From Takakia lepidozioides (lineage: Eukaryota > Plantae > Bryophyta): a stretch of DNA of 64,000 bases. Position 1 is the stretch's first letter. Each line of letters opens with the position of its first letter. The translations under genes and the position numbers were made by a program. The notes below the pieces were generated by a model. The model had not been told where the DNA came from. It ran no database searches and saw only the letters and a list, made by a program, of their open reading frames with translations. Location: positions 76,942,001-77,006,000 of the forward strand of contig CM060732.1 in NCBI GenBank assembly GCA_030704615.1, read 5' to 3'. Below, piece after piece: positions 60,341 through 64,000 of the stretch.

Positions 60341-61080
60341 CCATGAGCTCATGAGCGGTGAGCTCATGAGCTCATGAGCGGGCATGGCTCACCCATGAGC
60401 CGCAAAGTAACACACTTCGAATTTCGGCAGATTTTTTTCGGGCCCAAAACTATAAAATAATCAAAAATCAAAGATTTCCGCGCTCATGCTGGAAGCACTC
60501 CGCTCATGAGTACCAGTGTACGCTCATGACTTGGAGCCCAGGCTCATGGACCGCTAGGCCAGGTCATAGAAAAACTGAATTCTAGGCAATAACGGCACCG
60601 AAATTATCCCAGAGACAGAGACGCAAGCGGAATTAGGATCCGGGTTTGCAGACTCCGAAAACGCAATGGCGACCTATAACCGTGGATAGTACTGTTGCAG
60701 AAGTGCATGATGGTTGGGCGGCGCCGTAATTGGGCACATGAAAAGAAATAGCCGGCTGAAGGCTCGGGAGTGAAGCCAACAACGGTGAAAGTAATTGGGC
60801 TCCGCCAACCAAATACCCGGCTGCATCCTCCGGAGTGCAGGCGATAACGGCGCCGAAATGGGCCCCGAAAATCAAATACTCGGTTGAAGCCACCGGAGTG
60901 CAGCCGATAACGGCGCCGAAATTGGGTCCGGAAACCAAATACCCGGCTGAAGGCTAGGGATTGCAACCAATAACGGCGCCGAAATTGACCTGCGGAAACA
61001 AAATTCTCGGCTGAAGCTTCCGCACTCCATCCAATAACGGCGCCAAAATTGGGCTCCGGAGAGCAAATACCCGCCTTACG
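60340..61080. repeat. Probable subterminal region of another DNA transposon: GCTCATG repeats plus ~63-bp tandem array
   Basis: CATGAGC/GCTCATG cluster (60340-60550) like that at 47575-47640. ATAACGGCGCCGAAATTGGG recurs about every 63 bp (60844, 60907, 60970, 61034). Confidence 0.65.
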
Positions 61081-61171
61081 GTAAGGGAGGCCTTGCTCTC
61101 ATTTTGCTCTTCACTCTTCTCTGTTGTGCCCATCTCCTCCCTGCTTTGAGTTCGTGCTATGTCGTGAGGCC

Positions 61172-61723
61172 ATGTCGTGCCCGAATCACATCTATCGACG
61201 CCAGACGGGAGTCATTTTCCCGAAAGCAGACAACATCATTGTTTTCCTGGATGTTTATAGGGACGATCCTCGACTTGTCCAGCTGAGAGCAATGGAGTTT
61301 CTTCCAGGATTGCACGATTCTCCTGGACCCCGGCTGGGGAGCAGGTGGTTCCTACGCATCATGGACCTGGACTTTCCGCATGAGTGGGAGCCGAACAGAT
61401 CACGCACAGCGTTGCTGTATCGCTGGAATTGTTGCGAGTGGACGTATGATGAGTGCATAGGTGAAAACTTTACGCGTGGACGGACTGGCTCGGAAAGTGG
61501 GGACATTCTCTTCAGTTATGAGGATGAGGAGGAGGGGAACACAGGGCCCACTGTGAAAATGTCCTTCTACCAAGGGGGCGCTATCGATAAACACGACATC
61601 CTCGTTAGTTTCAACCGGGCGACAGAAACCACTGACATTTTGTTCGAATATAGGCACCCGGTCACTCAGGAGGTCCTTGAGAGGCCAGTTAGAGTTCCTT
61701 CTTCTTGGGCAAGGGGACCATAG
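61172..61723 (+). CDS. Hypothetical protein (~183 aa from ATG 61172)
   Basis: Uninterrupted, non-repetitive ORF with a globular-looking composition; no family recognised. Confidence 0.4.
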   Translation: MSCPNHIYRRQTGVIFPKADNIIVFLDVYRDDPRLVQLRAMEFLPGLHDSPGPRLGSRWFLRIMDLDFPHEWEPNRSRTALLYRWNCCEWTYDECIGENFTRGRTGSESGDILFSYEDEEEGNTGPTVKMSFYQGGAIDKHDILVSFNRATETTDILFEYRHPVTQEVLERPVRVPSSWARGP

Positions 61724-62047
61724 GTCTTGCATGCTAGAGTAGACATGTTTCGACTCGCCGACACTCATGGCACATACATTTTCATTCAGAAATCAAGCAG
61801 CTTCTCTGTGCCATATGGGGAATATACATGCTTGGATAATCTTCTGTTACGGTTTTTTGCAATTCACTGCCAGTATGCTGGGACGTGTCCTTTGTCGTAT
61901 GGATTGCTGTTTGCACAAAGTGCAGTATGCAAATGCTGGAATGTGCAGTAGGACCCTTCCCACTGGGACACAGAACTAGCAATCTTGTAAAGACATCACA
62001 TTTGCAGAACAGTAACAATGTATTTGTAGCAAATTGGAGTCTTCTCA

Positions 62048-64000
62048 ATGAAAGCAAGTTGCAAGAAGTGAATGCACCACATACGGAGTTGCAGACAGTG
62101 CATGACAGGATGGCCATACAATGTGCTACACTCACAACTATGCTTGACCAAGCTACAATAGAAATAAACAGTCAAGCGGAAAGATGTACGAAGGCAGAGG
62201 CAGAGAATGTTGAGCAACTGAAACTCATTGTCGATATGAACAATACAATCTGTCTTAATGAGAATACTTTCAAGCAATACAGGCAGGTTGAAGCTGACCA
62301 AGAGAGGTACATCCTGGAGTTGCAACAAACGCTCATGGTAAATAGAAATGAACTCTCTGTGGCTAACAAGGCTCGGAAGGAAGCCAATAATCTAGCTGCT
62401 GCCTATGCGAGTTTGGTTGAACCTCATGCAAAGCGCATGGAGGCTTAACAGCAGCAGATAGATGTGTACAGACTCACAGAGGAGCAGACTCTAAGGGGTG
62501 CCACAAGCAACTTGGTGGATAATCACCTTATGCAGGTCTGGTTAGCACAAGGGCCGGTGGAGGGCAAAGCACCACGAAAGCTCACCCAAAGCGAGATGAA
62601 TGAGCTCAGACTGCAAGTGCAAAACATTGCCACAACTACTATAGACAATGTCTATAGTAGGATAGCGGAGTTACAGGAGGATGTAGACGGCCTGCAGACT
62701 AGTGGAGGACCTCACTTCAAATATCGACAAGAGAGTCTGTGTACCTGAGGAACAGCTAATGGCTTCTTATTTACAAGCGAGAACTTTGGCTTTTCAGTCT
62801 TCTTCACAGGGGGTGCAGGAGATGCCAATGGTACAAGAGCCAGTGCCACCAACACCACAACAAGTCACTGTGCCAGTAGCTGACCCTATTGTTACTACAG
62901 CCACGCCACAGCCACCACAGCCTAAGGTATGGGGGAATGCTGCTTTTAACCCACCTAAAACTCCAGCTGCACGGGAGTACAGTCGGGCTATGATTATGCC
63001 CTTCAACCAAATTCCCATTGTGTTGGATTTGGCTTGGAAGGAATTTAGTCCTCCGCAGTCGTTGGCACATTACTATCAAATCATACGCATTTGGCTACCA
63101 GTGGCAACTAGGACTAAAGTTCTTCCGAACAATCGACCAATTGAGGATCATCACTTTGCGCAGTACTGGCATGAGACAAGTATCATGTTGAAGGAATTAA
63201 TTGCCTTCCAAGTTGTACATGGATTCATTTATACCAAGACCAAAGAGGTAGCAAGTATTGTCATGGGCTGCGGGTTATACTACGCTGCTTGTTTTCTGGT
63301 ACGTTATCACATTGAGCAGCAGAAGATGCAAACGCGCTTTCTGAGTTATTCCAGTGGGGATCATTGGGTCTTACCTTCAGTGCCACCTCATATGTACCTA
63401 TATGAGGCAAAAGTTATGATGCAAAAGGATTCTCAGATTCGTTCATGGTTTCATGCGGCCTGGAACAATTTGTCAACACAGAAATTCGGGCCTGACGATA
63501 TTTTCTTTAAGGGACATGAGGCATGGAAATATTTGCACAATTCACAAGTCATTGGTACACCACTCACCTGGACAGACAAGGAGCTCAGGGTCTTCACCAA
63601 TTTTGCAATTCAGCGCTTACAACAAGTTTTACAGTTTAAACTTCCAGACATGGTGGGACAACATTGTATGCCCCAGAGAATTCCAGTTAAAGTTCGACAG
63701 TTAAAACACCTCAGGGGGGACGAGGATTCTGATACAACTGTTTCTTCAGCGGACTCTTTTGACATGGCAGAGGACTATGCAATTCAGATGGCAGAGAAGA
63801 AGCGACGGGGGTCTCCTATGCCTGAAAGATTACCTCGATATCAGCCTCCAGAGGGACTAACATATCCAGGTAGTGTTCAATCATCTCCCTCAACCAGTGA
63901 CAGTACACGGGCTCGCACACGGAGTCCTTCACGAGACTCTAACCGTCAGAAGGGTGCTCGCTCACAAAGGGTTACAAATCCCAAACAGTAAACCGTGAGG
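62048..64000 (+). mobile_element. Third family-X fragment: 3' extra ORF (coiled coil and intact C-terminal domain)
   Basis: Homologous to 24853 onward. The 429-aa ORF 62702-63991 is followed by the sequence that precedes the PPT in the other copies. Confidence 0.9.

Overview
Repeat-dense eukaryotic DNA, most likely from a non-seed land plant (a PLS-type PPR fragment, spliceosomal introns and plant-type Ty3/Gypsy elements). There are no intact host genes; the window is a stack of nested transposable elements. (1) A non-chromoviral Gypsy family ('X': ~0.9-1.0 kb LTRs TGTTAGAGG...CGACA, tRNA-Arg-type PBS, extra ORFs upstream of gag and downstream of pol) is present as a minus-strand copy (12940-54364). 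A plus-strand copy of the same family (14580-28266, TSD AGGTG) is inserted into it, giving a large inverted repeat that was later partly homogenised and duplicated. (2) A related Gypsy fragment lies at 7536-12939, a chromodomain-bearing Gypsy at 54365-~60340, and a third X fragment at 62048-64000. (3) The most notable feature is a ~15 kb Mutator-like DNA transposon (33013-48011; imperfect TIRs, 9-bp TSD with 2 mismatches) inserted in the integrase of the minus X copy. Besides GCM/WRKY-like-DBD + DDE + SWIM transposase sequence, it carries a divergently transcribed, ~9-exon gene encoding a ParB/Sulfiredoxin-like domain fused to a beta-class N6-adenine/N4-cytosine DNA-methyltransferase-like domain. 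That gene's two long introns hold about ten 24-26 bp palindromes, and the element contains arrays of GGCGCC-centred palindromes. An internally deleted relative of this element, with more palindrome arrays, lies at ~1950-7535. All domain calls are by motif recognition by eye; no searches were run.
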